Part shown: positions 35,201-48,455 of the stretch, piece by piece
How the letters are laid out: each line of letters begins with the position of its first letter
Numbering within the stretch: the stretch's first letter is position 1
Assembly: GCA_010909165.1 (NCBI GenBank)
Contig: MU008158.1
Span: 2,505,478-2,569,477, forward strand
Length of the DNA stretch: 64,000 nucleotides
DNA from: Anthoceros angustus
Lineage: Eukaryota > Plantae > Anthocerotophyta
Direction: 5' to 3'
Position numbers and translations under genes: made by a program
The notes under the pieces: generated by a model
What the model was told of the DNA's origin: nothing
Databases searched by the model: none
What the model saw: the letters and a program-made list of their open reading frames with translations, nothing else

Positions 35201-38200
35201 GGACGGCGCTGCCAAATGACCTCGAAAGGAGTCCGGCCCTCAACAGAACTAGTGAGGAGTCGGTTCAATATGTAAGTGGCTGTGACAACAGCCTCAGCCC
35301 AATAAGCCTTATCCAAACCAGCCCATAGAAGCATGCTGCAAGTCATCCCAAGGAGAGTTTGATTTTTCCTTTCTGCAACACCGTTTTGTTGCTGGGTATA
35401 AGGAACAATGAGCTGACGCACGATACCATGGGCGGATAGATACTCATCAAAAGCATTATTGACGACCCGTTGCGTTATCGGATCGCGAAAAGTAAGTAGC
35501 TGCATGGCATGCTTGCACCATGGTAAGCCACTCTTGAAACACAGGAAACGTATCAGATTTTCTTTTGATAGGGAAGGTCCATGAGTATCTGCTATAGTCG
35601 ACTGTTAGAGTGAGATAGTAATTGGAACCGCCCAAAGAAGATACATGTATTTTTCCTGATATGTCTGTGTGCACCAGGTCCAGAACACTGGAGGTCCTAT
35701 GTGCAACCCCAGACGGAAAAGGAACTTCTCTCTGCTTGGCGAGAACACAAGAGTCACATAAGGGAAGGTCCTGAAAACATTTTGGTAAAGGCTCCCTGTA
35801 ACATTCCAGTTTGGACATCTTGAGAAGTTTTTTCTTATTGACATGCCCCAGACGTGCGTGCCATAGCTGCGCTAATGCCGATTGGGATTTTGCAGCCATA
35901 GAAGTGGATTTAGCAGACTGACAACAGACATCCAGTCTGTACAAATCATCCAACAAGAGGCCTCGAGCAATCGGATCTCGAGCACCCTTGCGTGTGAGAA
36001 GACAGCCAGCAGCTGAAAATGTTAAATCAAACTGCTGGAGCTTCATCAACTGACTAACCGAAATAAGATGCTTAGCCATGCTGGGTACGTACAGAACGTT
36101 GTCCAGTTGAAGAGCTAGGCCATCCTTAAGCCGGAAAGTGCATGATCCTGTACCTAGGATCTTTCAGCCTATACGGGTAAGCTCGTCTCCCAACAATACT
36201 CTCTCATTGGTATGTGCTGGAGTGAAATTACTAAGCAAGGCACGATTGTAGCAGATGTGGGATGTGGCGCCCGAGTCTAAATACCAAGAGTTTGGTTCAC
36301 AGACTATAGCGTAATGGCAAACGGTCATCACGACTGGCTGCTTGCTAGAAGAAGAGGCCGGTGAAGACCTGTCCTTGGAAACTGAGTTGGCCTCAACCGC
36401 TCTCTAGGTCTTCTCGGCCTTCCTCGGTTCTCCATTCTTTTTCTTCTTGCATTCGCGCTCCCAGTGCCCTGGAATCCCACACCAATTGTAGGAACCAGAT
36501 CTTTTACCTTGCCCTGGCTTGGATGCTCCAACACCAGATGAGTACTTTGCTTTCCCAGGTGGTTTATTCTTGTTTGTGTACAAGACTATCAGATTTTGTC
36601 CGTCCAGTTGTGTGCAAGCTTCGACTTTGTTCTTCTTGAAAAAGTGCACCCACTACATCTGTGAATGAGATGTTGGGCACTTGTCCTAAAGCGACAGCTT
36701 GCTGAGCAGCACGAAGGGCTGCACCATAGCTGGAGACAAAAGGCTGATAGCTTTGTGGAAGACTGGTCAACAGTTGTGCGACAGCATCTACTTCAAGCAT
36801 AGGTGATCCAAGTGAGGTCAGTTGTGATCTCAAATGCCTAAACTTCGCCACAAAAGTTGCGACCTTCTCCCCGTCTTTCATCCGTAATGAGAAAAATTCT
36901 GTTCTCACTGTACAGAGTGTAATGATGCTCCTCACGTCATAGGTCTGCAACAGCTGGCTCCAGATGTCTTCGGCCTTAAGCAGGTAAGCTACATCCGGAA
37001 CAAGTACCTCGTCTAACCCACTTATGAGCAAGGCACGTGCAACATTATTTGCATTTCCCCACCTGTCCTTGTCATCCTGTGTGGCGTTAGGTGGAGGCTC
37101 AGGAATCTGCCCAGTAACAACGCCCCACACATGTCTAGCTTCCAAGGCAAAGACGACATGAAACACCGATAGGGTACTTAGTGCCATTAAATGCACGCTC
37201 CTTGATTGATTGTATGCAGGTGATAAACATGTACAAACACGCCAGTGGGTTGATGTTGGAAAGTGAAGCGAGAGGAGGATTCGGAGGGAGAGGTGGAGGA
37301 TTAGGTGGAGGGTTAGGTGGGGGATACTGAGGTGGAGGTGGGTAACCCCCCAGACCACCTACCCCGCCATAACCACTGCCCAATCCAGTGTACCAGTTGC
37401 TACCTCCAAAGCCTCCATAAAGACCGGTGAAAGGATTCGGGATGACTCCTCCGCCAGTTGCAGGGGCACGAGATGGCGCTCCGCCTCACCTGAGTGGAGG
37501 TTCCTGCGAGAGTTGTGGTGGATCTGCCGGGGTGGAAGCTCACGGGGGTTAGGCCTCCCTTGAGTGGTGAACCTCCAAGGCTGGTGACACTTGTGTGGTC
37601 TTGAGCTCGGTGCGATGCGCGGCGAGAGGCAGCCACTTACCTATCGATGGGGCGTCGCCTTCTCCGATTCGAGGATTGAGCTCATGGCGCGGTGGGTGTG
37701 AGGCGGGTCGATCGATGGAATAGGCGAAGGCGATGTGTTAACCATCATGTGGCCAGGCGTCGCCGGGCGGTGAAGAGTCACAGGAGCCACCAAAACGTCT
37801 GCGGGTCCGCTTGATTCTGGTGTACCGCTTCACACGCACGCTTGCAGAAAAAGTTCCATGTCCTCGGTGAAAGTGAGGAATTCAATGCGCCTCTTCACAT
37901 CTCTCATTTCTGCACTGTGATCTCCAAGTGCAATGACTGGAAAATCGCGCAGCAGATGTGAAGGCTCAGAGAAGATATGAGTGCCTGGCCGATCTACTCC
38001 GATCCAGTCTTGTATGCAGTTAAATCACAGGGTAGGCGCTCCAAAAGTGAAATCAATCTCTCGTTTCTGTTAATGAGGTTGCGCACTTGAATTTGAAGTA
38101 TTCTGATGTCGCCTGGATGCAATGTGACTTCTCCCCGAATGGCTGAGAATTTTACCTATCCCGTCGGTGCAGGTAAAATTGGGCTCACTCCTCTCCTGGT

Positions 38201-38917
38201 GATGGCGGGAGCGTTGCCGATGTGATCTCTCTCGTGGACAAGGCAAGTCTCCATCGCGATTCTGATGTAGATTGTTCCTAGCACTATATGGAGTACGAGA
38301 ATAGGCAGACGCGGATCTCACTGGCCCCAGTATTGTGCAGGGAATTTCGTGCTCCCAAGATGCGGGATATAAAAAACGGGCATTCTGGGAAAAAACTACA
38401 CGCCTATCAGAATTCCGGCGAGACATTTTAGCCTTGTTTAGATTCCCCGCTCATTTCATTAATTGCAGCGGAAGAACATAAGTAACGCTAGACATAGGAG
38501 TTTATAGAAAATGCATATTGCTAGAACATGTTTTTCCTTTTTTTTTTTTTAAACAAAACTCCTAGACTATATGTGTGACGATTTAGTGGTAGAGTCCGGA
38601 TTCTGCATGTGATCCATACTTCATAAGAAATATGAAATACGGGTTACATTCAGACTTTGGAGCTACAACCTTTTTGTCATTACATGTGAGTGTATATGCA
38701 TAATAAAATGGATCTAGACATGCTCTGGTACCATGTCAGGTTTTCTAGAGCGAAGAGCATGAGAAGAGAAACTTGGCAAAAGATACATCATTTAGCAATC
38801 AACAAAGTGTTTAAATACATAAAGACTAAGTGACTGTTCAGATTAGGGCTAGATAACTTAAATATACTAAACCCTAGTGACGTGGTTCTATGAACCTTGT
38901 AACCAGGTATCCCAACA
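32264..38917 (-). mobile_element. Full-length Ty1/copia LTR retrotransposon, 6654 bp
   Basis: 184-bp LTRs at 32264-32447 and 38734-38917 (TG...CA, 6 mismatches). 5-bp TSD AGAAG on both sides. PBS TGGTACCAGAGCA (38733-38721) and PPT TAAGGGGGTG next to the 3' LTR. Domain order is gag-PR-INT-RT-RH. Confidence 0.97.
32934..37383 (-). pseudogene. Copia gag-pol polyprotein, disrupted by frameshifts and stops
   Basis: UBN2-type gag, zinc knuckle YNWCGIPGHWEREC, protease WYLDSGATSH, LWHARLGH...CDSC, integrase LVHTD / QQNGVAERKN, RT QMDVSTAFLYG and LYVDD, RNase H DNQSTI...HARTKHIEIQHHFV. Confidence 0.93.
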
Positions 38918-41900
38918 AGAAGTTCTTCAAGAAGGGAGCGTCTTCAGCAGAGAGAGCCGAGAGAGCTCGTTTTCTTAGAGTTCTTGTTAATTTGCAAGCA
39001 TCGCAGCAATCGCACCAGACCGTGATTCGATTAACTTGAAACCCTCAAGAAGAAGGAGAAACGCTAAATCAAGACATAAGAATTCAGCATCATCAATATT
39101 CCACAATCCAGTAGTTCCAAGCGCTACCTAGAGAAGTTCACAGAGCATGATGCTATTTTGAATTCTATCCTGAATGTGAGGAGCACATTGCTGGAGTACA
39201 CCACTCGTGCTGATAACCTACAGTCAAGACAGGATCGACTTGAGAGCTTGCGGATTTCTGATCTCATGATAATGGCTAAACAAGACGTGGCGATGCCTTG
39301 GCTCGCCTCATTTACTTTCTCTTTAAGTCAGAAGTTGTGACTAACAGGCATCATGGGGTCCTCCAATCCTGACACTGGATCTGATAGATTGCAGGAGAAG
39401 GATCGCTTGACCTCACATAATTTTGATGCCTGGAGCTTCAGGGTGCGTTGCATCCTAGATGAGAAGATTTTGATGGATGTTGTTGATGGGACTGTACCAA
39501 AGAAAGTTGCTGATCAGCCCTCCGGCCCCCCTTCACCTAGTGGCACGGTACCTAAATATACAAAGAAGGATGAGTTAGAATGGAATCACAAAGACAGGAA
39601 GGCAAGAAACATACTTGTGGCTTCCGTGTCTCAAGAGAATATACCTCATATAAGAATGGCCTTGAGACTTCAAACGAGGTGCGGTCATTGCTATATAAAA
39701 CTTATGATACTAAGGATATGGTAGCAAGGAAAAGGCTGACTACAACTAACGTGCGGACACTAATGAAGGAGAGTGACTTACGTCGGGCCATGTCTCTAAG
39801 TTTAGGGCTTTGAGAGCCGACTTGCTTCACCTGGAGTAATCATCTAGAATCAAGAGCGTACATTGTTACTTTCACTTTACTACTAATATTTCAGCTCAAG
39901 CCTTCAAACATCAATGACACCTCGCCACAACTACTGAACTTCTAACCTCCCCACGATGTATAGGTTGTAGGAGCCTTCTGCACGTAAACCAATAGAAAAC
40001 AAATAACCGATCGCCACGCGCCGGTGCTCGAGCCTTCTCCAACAAGCAAGGCGCCTCTACTCTCCCTCTTACTGCACCACGCACCGGCCCGAAAATCACC
40101 AATCCTCACCTACAACGACACAACACAATTGCAGGCCCCGCCTTAGCAGCGAGGAGCCTATCACGGCGCCCAGGGACCCCGATCCACACCGCACTCGTCC
40201 CTACTTAAGACCAATCTTCTCCACTCGGAGCGCCTTTACTTGCAGTTGGGATTGGTCCCGCCCCTGCCTCGGCCTTCCACTAACGCTCTACACTCTAATC
40301 CTCTACTGCCTCCTCCTCTTCCTCTTATTCTAACCTCGATTGGCGGAATCTGCTCGCCTCACGACAACCGCCTGGGCCTCACCAAAGAAGTTCTTCCTGG
40401 GCCGGCTAAGTTGAGTTTGACACTGACCAGAACCTCCAGGAGTCTTTCCCTGAGTCTACCCCTCGCCGAGAGTTCCCCGGCATTGTCACACACCCAAAGC
40501 AAAGCAATTTCAAAGAACTATCTACAAGGGAGCAACTGCTTATGCGCTTGCAGTGAGCAAGCCTCCACCAAGCACTCCACCACCGCGACTTCCTCTCTAC
40601 TGCATCAAGGTATTCACATACACGAAATTCCTTTACAAGGGCAAAGGACTCATGAGTATGGAAGCGCAAGAGATACTTTTACTTTGGAAATCCTCCTCCT
40701 CTTATAGGAGGCCTTCCACATACAATCCTCCCTTGGGTGACCCTACCCAGTCACCTATTCCAATATTCTATTATTTCCTACCAAGATTTAAGGCCCCGCA
40801 TCTAAGTTCATCGTCCTTATTCCGGGTAAATTCTATTCTAGCAACTTCACCTAAGATCATCCTTAAAGGATGTCAACCTATCTCACCTATCCTTCCTATT
40901 CTCTCCAAGTTCATTTATGCCCTTTGACCATACCTAGTCCTCATCCCACTACTAGGAAAAGTATACTTTTACTAATTGAAGTTTTACAACGGGGGTGCAT
41001 TTTACCACGGCCGCCCATTTTACTACGTCAATTAAAGGCACCGTTTCAAGTCCATGTATTATTTTCATGTATAGCCTTAATTTACTAGGCTCATTCCAAT
41101 TTTACTATAGGGCTTTTTGCCAAAGGGCAAAAGCTTACGTGGCAAATCAAAAGGACTTTACTACACTTTTTATTTACAATGATTTATAGATGTTACAATG
41201 ATGGCATGTTCGCTTACTACGAGCCTACAAGTTACTACAGGACTTTCGATTACAACGGTTCTTTTACAACAAGCCAATGGTATTCTAAACATCCAATATT
41301 TTACTACACTCAGAGGGTTTACAACAAGACCCTTTACGAGAGACACCGGTCGCTTACAACGGCATTAATTTAGAATGGGTTTTGATGATAAACCACATCT
41401 TATTACCCTAAAAAGCAAAACATTAGAGGTAACCTGGTACACATCGCTTAAGGCTTGGGCTAGCCGAATCAGAACGAGAACAAAGGGGCTCGCGAGGGAC
41501 CACAAAAATCCTCCCACGGATCATCTCCACATCGCTGGGCGTCTCAGAAGACTCAAAAGTGTCACAGCTGCAACTCCAAGGAAGCCACAACCTAGGTCCG
41601 CGCGCCAGTGGAGCCCGAGAGGGCGAATTTCCAAGAAGCATCGCCCATCTCCATCACCCGCCTCTTGAAATCCAAGGCCTCCGCCAGATTGGGGCCACGG
41701 CCTCCGCATCCTCCTCCGATGTGTGGGTCATGGAGGAAGCCTCCCAGCCCGCCTCCCATGTCCGCGATAAATTTCAGCACCGCCTGTACCCATCCGGATT
41801 GCCGGGTCGCTTTCCCGTGACATTGGGAAGGCTTAAGCAGATGAGGAGCAAGAAGGCAACCTCAAGTAGGTCACGAGCGGAAATCTCAAGGGCACGAGGG

Positions 41901-43159
41901 CAAGGAAGCCGCATGCTTCATGCAACTGGAGGATGACATAGAAGGCTCGATTCGGGCTTCGGAGAAGACCAAATGCATGCAACCGGGTCAAGTCGAAGTG
42001 TGCAAGCGGGTGCCCATTTATGCCCATCCGCACCAATAGATGCCTCGCCACGCCGAGAAACTAAGTGTTTAGGGTGACATCCGCTACGATGAAAAGCCCG
42101 CTGCCTTATGACAAGCGAAGGTGTGACCGAGGGAGCCGTAATGGTGTGCAAAATCGAGTGGTCAACAAGATTCGCTTCCCGCCAAGGACCAAACCTCGGT
42201 TACATATGCCGCCATGGAGGATATATAGCCCAAGGAAAACTCGAGTCTCCTTGGCCTTCGGGTTAGGTTTAGGTACACCCCAACCCATGAGAAACATGAG
42301 TTAGGGTTTGGTTACACAAGCCCAAGGAAAACTTGAGTTAGGATTTGGTTAAAGTATCCCGCCTTCGAGAACCACCGGAAACTCCGCCACAAATAATGGC
42401 CTTTTTATGGCCTCCGCCGTACCAATGGCTAAATGCCACGGCACCCGATGCAAACAAAGGTTATAATCGCCACATTGCCGCACTTGATCCGAGTGATCAA
42501 ACCGATCGGGCGTGCGAGCATGGATCCTGATGCGTCTAACTTGATCCGATCGGGCGCTCGAACTCTGTTTCGAGTGGTCAAAGACAACACACTATATGGT
42601 CGATCGAGGTTTCTTGGTCTTTGGTTCGAAACCATGGTTTGACCAACATAGTTAACAAAACCGGAACCCTAGAACCACAGCAGAGAATACCTTTGAACTT
42701 ATTCGAATGAAACGGATTTACACGAACTTTATATATAGGGTCGCGACGATATGGGTTTCCTTGGTTCATGAAAATCGCTATATATTTCCTTGGACTTCGA
42801 TAAATCATATTACGTCTCCTTGGGCTTCGGGCGCCATGGTCGGGTCTGAGGGTGAATTTTGGTACCAAACTCTAAGGACACTTACGCCTATATATGCACT
42901 GTAAAAAATGGATAATAAACCATGCTTAGTTTGAGTTGGTTTCCGCCATGGTACATCCCGCGAAATGAAACATGTATCGCTCGCCACCGAGACGAAGTCC
43001 ATGTGACTGTCATTCCTCTCTTCTCCTTGTTCTTACCACATCCTGGGCCGCAGGGTTTCACTACATGCCGCGACTTCACTTACTTTGAAATTCTTACTAC
43101 GCAGAAAGTGCTTATCAAGGACACATCAAGCGTGGTCTAAACCGGCTAAGGTTGAGGTA

Positions 43160-46100
43160 TGCCAGGAGTGCCAAAACCGATGTCCGTGACTCCTCGGGTT
43201 TTAGGCTTGTTTTGTTTTTGGGTCAGCATCAAGGGGGGATAGGGAGGAGTTAGCCAATAAGGCTGTTTGGCCGATTGCACTTAGAGTGCAATCAACCCTG
43301 GCTAGCGCGAACAGTCCGGACCTGAGTGGTCCGGATCGAGGTCCGCGAGTGGTCCGCGATGTCCGACGGAGTGGTCCGGCCGAGGTCCACGGAGTGGTCC
43401 GGCCGAGGTCCGGAGTGGTCCTCGAGGTCCGACGGAGTGGTCTGGCTGAGGTCCGAAGGAGTGGTCCGTCTCGGTCGAGGTCCGACGAGTGGTCTGCCCG
43501 GCGAGGTCCGACGAGTGGTCGCCCGCGACGTAGTCTAGTTGGCATAGTTTGGAAACGATCATCGCTGGAAAGGACGAATGGTGGAAGAAGTCCGCTGTAA
43601 TGATGAGCTACGCTAAGCACACGACCTGTGTTAGGGTACATACATAGGCGGGTTAGATTAGGATATGTGGGGTATATAGGAAGGCACTGGCGTCCAAGGC
43701 GGGAGGCTATCCCGTACCATCTTGCGCTCCGGTTATCGCCTTGGGGTGCTCGAGGCGGAGTGAGTTCTGCGTCGCTGTGCGGGATTAATTGATGGTAGAG
43801 GGATGTGTTTGAGCTACGTGACGAGCTCCGCCAACACGCTTGATGGTGCGTGGCCGGGGTCGGACTCGAGCTCGTGAGGTGCTCGCGGATTTCTAAAAGT
43901 GCGGGACTAACCTTGGAGGCTCTGGAAGCAGGTCATGGGGTTGCAGTGCTGCCACTCTCCGACGTGAAGCGGAGGAGGATTAGGAGGCGCTTGGGGTGAC
44001 TGTGGCGGAAGCCATCTCGAGGCGAACTGGGCGGAGGGGGGATGCGTGCAAGCCTTCTCCTTGAGCGTGAAGCGGGGAGGGATTAGGCGCTTAGGGTGAC
44101 TATGAGGCGGAAGCCATCGAGGCTGAACGAAGGCATGGGGATGCGGTCAGCTTCTCATGAGCGTGAAGCGGTAGGAGGGATAAGGAGGCGCTTGGGGTGA
44201 CTGCTCCGGAAGCCATCCTTGAGGTCTTGGAGCAGGCTGTGGGGTTGCAGGCTGCAGAAGCTACTTCTCAGGACGTGAAGCAGGCAGGCAAAGGCGTCCG
44301 TGTGAATACATCGGCGTGTTGGTGTTGTGACTACTAGCTGGGAATGGATAAGGGAGTGCGTTCACAGTGTGTGTTGAGGTGGAGTTGTGGCGGACAGAGT
44401 TGAGGGCGCTGGAGCGCTGGAGTCGCAGCGGAGGCAGCGTCGTTAAACTTTATTCGTGTCTTGGAAATCCGAGGCGAGGTTGTGGGAGGTCCGGTGGTTG
44501 GCTTTGGTCCATGAGTTGTGGAGGCACACACTTGGGGACCCAATGGAGCCTTGGGAGCGATGAAGTCCGTTCGGTCGGTGGGTTGTAGAGCTCGAGCGGG
44601 AACAAAGCGCGAGTCCATTCCACGTGGAACGGACTCCTTACTACAACGGGATTGTCTTGGTGGCCGTCGGTAAGTCGCGCCACATTTTGGCCGTTAGGGA
44701 ATGGTATTGTTGTGGACTGCTGCGAGTTAGTAGGTATAGTAGATGCGCGGTGCAGGGTGTGGATGGGTGTAATGGTGGCGGTTGTGGAGTATAAGTAGGG
44801 AGGATGCGGGGCCGGTAGGGGGTCGAATCTAGCGGAGGCCTAGCATGCTCAAAGGGAGAAAGAAGATGGGCAGGCTGGGGAGGGCGGCACATCAACCTCG
44901 GAGGAGGCGACTCATCCTCAGCGGAGGATGAATCTTGGTAAAAAGATCCCAATGTTGCGGACTTGCACACAGGAGGTAGTAAAAGGCGGAAGGAGTCAGA
45001 GCGGAAGTATTGCAGGGTGTTGGGCGGGGGCCATGTGGATGAGAAGGGAGTATGTGGGTGCCAAACCGATGTCCGTACTCCCGGTTTTAGGCTTGTTTGC
45101 TTTTGGTCGTTCTTGTTAAGGGGATAGGGAGGTTAGCCAATAGAATTTTTGGCGGTTGCACTGCAATCCTAACCCCAGTCCGTTGGGGGACGGTCCGTGA
45201 GTGCGGTCGAGTCCGGAGTGGTCCGTCGAGGGTCGAGCCGAGTGGTCTCGAGGAGGTCCGGAATTAGTCGGGTCAGAGATGGAGTGGTCCGGCCAGGTGG
45301 GCGGGTGGTCGTCGGGCGGTCAGGTGGTCAGTGGTGGTCGAGGCGGGTCCGATGCAGTGGCGGTCAGGCCAGGTGAGTCGGCGGCGTGGTCGGTTGGCAT
45401 AGTTTGGAGCAGATCACTTGGAAAGGAGGCGAAGCTGGTGGAAGAGTAGGTTGATTGATGAGCTAAATCACGGGCGGTTACATGACGGGTTAGGAATACA
45501 TAGGCGGGTTAGGTTAGGGATATGTGGGGTATATAGGAAGGCTGGCGTCCAAGACGGGGACTATCCGGTACCATCTTGGCGCTCCGTGTGCTCTTGCCTT
45601 GGAGCTCGAGGAGGCGGAGTGAGTTCTGCGTCACCGTGCGGGATTAATTGGTAGTAGGGATGTGTTTAGAGCTACGGGTGTGAGCTCATGTACAGCAGTG
45701 GGTGCGGGGGGTCGGACTGAGCTCGGGAGGTGCTCGCGGGTGATTTCTGGTGCTGGGACTAACCTTGGAGGCTCTTGGAGCGGAGGTGTGGGGTTGCAGT
45801 GAGCCTCTCCATGAGCGTGGGCGGTAGGAGGAAGGCGCTTGGGGTGACTTCTTTGGGCGGAAGCCATCCTTGGAGGTCTTTGGAGCGGAGGCGTGGGGAT
45901 GGGTGACACTTCTCATGAGCGTGGGCGGTAGGAGGGATTAGGGCGGGTGACTGCTTGGTGGGAAGCCATCCACGGAGCCTTGGAGCGAGGGCTGGGGATG
46001 CAGTGTGACCACTTCTCCAGGCGTGAAGCGGTAGGAGGATGGGGCGCTTGGGGTGACTGCTTGGGCGGAAGCCATCCTTGGAGGTCTTTGGAGCGGAGGC

Positions 46101-48455
46101 GCGTTGCGAGCAGCTACTTCTCATGAGGCGTGAAGCAGCGGAGCGGGCAAAAGCGACTGGTGTGAATACATGGCGTGTTGGTGTTGTGACTACTAGGGAA
46201 TGGATAAGGGAAGGTCGTTGGCGTGTGTGTTGAGGTGGAGTTGTGGCGGAGAGTTGAGGGAGGCGCGGAGGCAGTGTGAGGAGGGAGCGTCGTTAAACTG
46301 TTCCGGTAGTCTTGAGAAACACGGGGTTGTGGGAAGGTCCGGTGGTTGCTGTGGTCAAGAGTTGTGGAGGGGCACACTTAGGGTTGTGGAGCCGGACCCA
46401 ACAATGAAGTCCGTTGATTGGGTTGTAGAAACTCGAGCGAGAATAAGCAGTCCATTCCACTTGGGAGCGGACTCCTTACTAGCGACAGGATTGTGCGGCG
46501 CCGTCCCAAAATCGCGCCACATTTTGGCCAGATTCTTGGGAATATTGGTATGGGTTAGTAGATATGAGTAGGGGGGATTGCGGTTGTGGATGGGTGTAAT
46601 GGTCGGGCGGTTTGTGGAGTATATAGTAGGGAGGATGCACGGGGCCGGGCCGAGGGTGCGAATCTAGCGGGAGGCCCATGCTCAAAGGGAGAAGATGGGC
46701 ACGGCGGCGGGAGGGGCGGCATCAACCTCGGAGGAGGAGACTCATCCTCAGGAGGATGAATCTTGGTAAAAAGATCCCAATGTTGCGGACTTGACACGAG
46801 GAGGTAGTAAAAGGCGAGGAGAGTCCGTGAGGAGGAGGCGGAGTATTGCAGGGGTGTTGGCGGGGCCATGTGAGATGAGAAGGAGTATGTGGAGTGCCAA
46901 AATCCGATGTCAGTACTCTTGGCGGCTTGTTTTGCTTGTTTTGTTTTTGGTCGTTCTTTAAGAGGGATAGGGAGGAGTTAGCCAATAAGGCCATTTTGGC
47001 GGATTGCACCGAGTGCAATCCCTAGACCCGGTCCGTTGGGGGCGCGGAGTCCGGCGGAGTGGTCAGGTCCGGTCCAGGCGGAGTGGTCGATCGATGTCCG
47101 ACGGGTGGTCAGTCGGTCGAGCGAGGGGTGGTCAGGTCGGTCGGCGGTGTGGTCAGGTCCGGTCGAGGGGTGGTCCCCGGTCAGTCGAAGGGGTGTGGTC
47201 CGTCGGGTCGGTCCGGATTGGTCTGTCCGGCGGTCAGTGGTGGTGCAAGGCGGCGTAGTCTGGTGGCATAGTTTGGAGCGGATCTCTGCTTGGAAAGGGC
47301 GGCGGTGGAAGAAGTCGGGTGCAATGATGAGCTACGTCTGGCGGTTACCGACCAGGGTTGAGTACATACATAGGCGGGTTAGATTAGGATATGTGGGGTA
47401 TATAGGAAGCTGGCGTCAAGGCGGAGGCTATCCAGGAGTACCATCTTGGCGCTCGTGTGCTCTTGCCTTAGTGCTCGAGGCGGAGTGAGTTCTGCGTCAC
47501 CGTGCGGGATTAATTGAGTGGTAGAGGATGTGTTTAGAGCTACGGTGGCGAGCTCGCCAACACGCTTGATGGGTGCGGAGAGGGGTCGGACTGAGCTCGG
47601 GAGGTGCTCATGGTGATTTCTCGGGTGCGGACTAACCTTGGAGGCTCTTGGAGCGGAGGCTGTGGGGTTGCAGTGCGAAGCCACTCTCCATGAGCGTGAA
47701 GCGGTAGGAGGGATTAGGGGCGCTTGGGGTGACCTGGCGGGCGGAAGCCATCCTTGGAGGCTGCTGGAGCGGAGGGCATGGGGATGCGAGCCACTTCTCA
47801 TGAGCGTGGGCGGTGAGGAGGATTAGGCGCTTAGGGGTGACTGCTGGGCGGAAGCCATCCACAGGCTCTTTGGGCGTGGGGATGCAATTTGTGAGCCACT
47901 TCTCATGAGCGTGCAGTAGGAGGGATAGGAGGCGCTTGGGGTGACTGTGGCGGAAGCCATCCTTGATCTTCTTTGGAGCGGAGGTGTGGGGTTGCGGTGC
48001 AAGCTACTTCTCGTGGGGCGGAAGCACGCGGAGCAGGCAAAGCGTCTGGCAGGTGAATACAGCCGGCGTGTTGGTGTTGTGACTACTAGTGGGAATGGAT
48101 AAGGGAGGTCGCGTTAGCGTGTGTGTTGAGGTGGAGTTGTGGCGAAGAGTTGAGGGCTGGGCCAGCTGGAGTCTGTGGTAGCGGAGGCAGCGTTAAACTT
48201 TATTCCGGTAGTCTTGGAGAAACCCGGGCGGGTTTGTGGGGAGGTCCGGTGGTTCTGTGGTCCGAGAGTTGTGGAGGGCACACACTTAGGGTTGTGGAGC
48301 CGCCGGACCCAACGATGAAATCAGATTCGGTCCGGTAGGTTGTAGAGCTCGAGGCAAAACAAGCACGAGTCCATTCCACGTGGAGCGGACCCCCTTACTA
48401 CAACGACCTTATGCGGGATTGTCTGTGCCCGGTGGCCGTCGGTAATCGCGCCACA
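43160..48455 (+). mobile_element. Tandem non-autonomous LTR retroelement: LTR(~43160-44684)-int-LTR(45053-46521)-int-LTR(46888-48455)
   Basis: A-B-A-B-A structure. A units (~1.5 kb) have TGTGG...CCACA termini (the first start is noisy). B units (~367 bp) begin TTTTGGCC...GGGAAT (PBS-like) and end GAGAAG(G)GAGTA (PPT). A contains a TATATAGG box and internal ~22-bp and ~110-bp repeats. TSD not resolved. Confidence 0.8.

Larger units (their letters stand above)
31842..39870 (+). mobile_element. Older Ty1/copia element, 5' part only: ~206-bp LTR (31842-32047), PBS, leader interrupted by a younger copia, gag remnant 39353-~39870
   Basis: TGTTG... start, and PBS TGGTATCAGAGCC (tRNA-iMet) at 32048-32060. 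After the insertion comes gag: RLTSHNFDAWSFRVRCILDEK.LMDVVDGT...WNHKDRKARNILVASVS. No pol or 3' LTR was found. Confidence 0.75.

Noticed and set aside
43150-43165. TSD for the three-LTR array (GGTTG versus TGTTG)
   Set aside because: It does not abut the inferred TG start, and the local sequence is too noisy to call.
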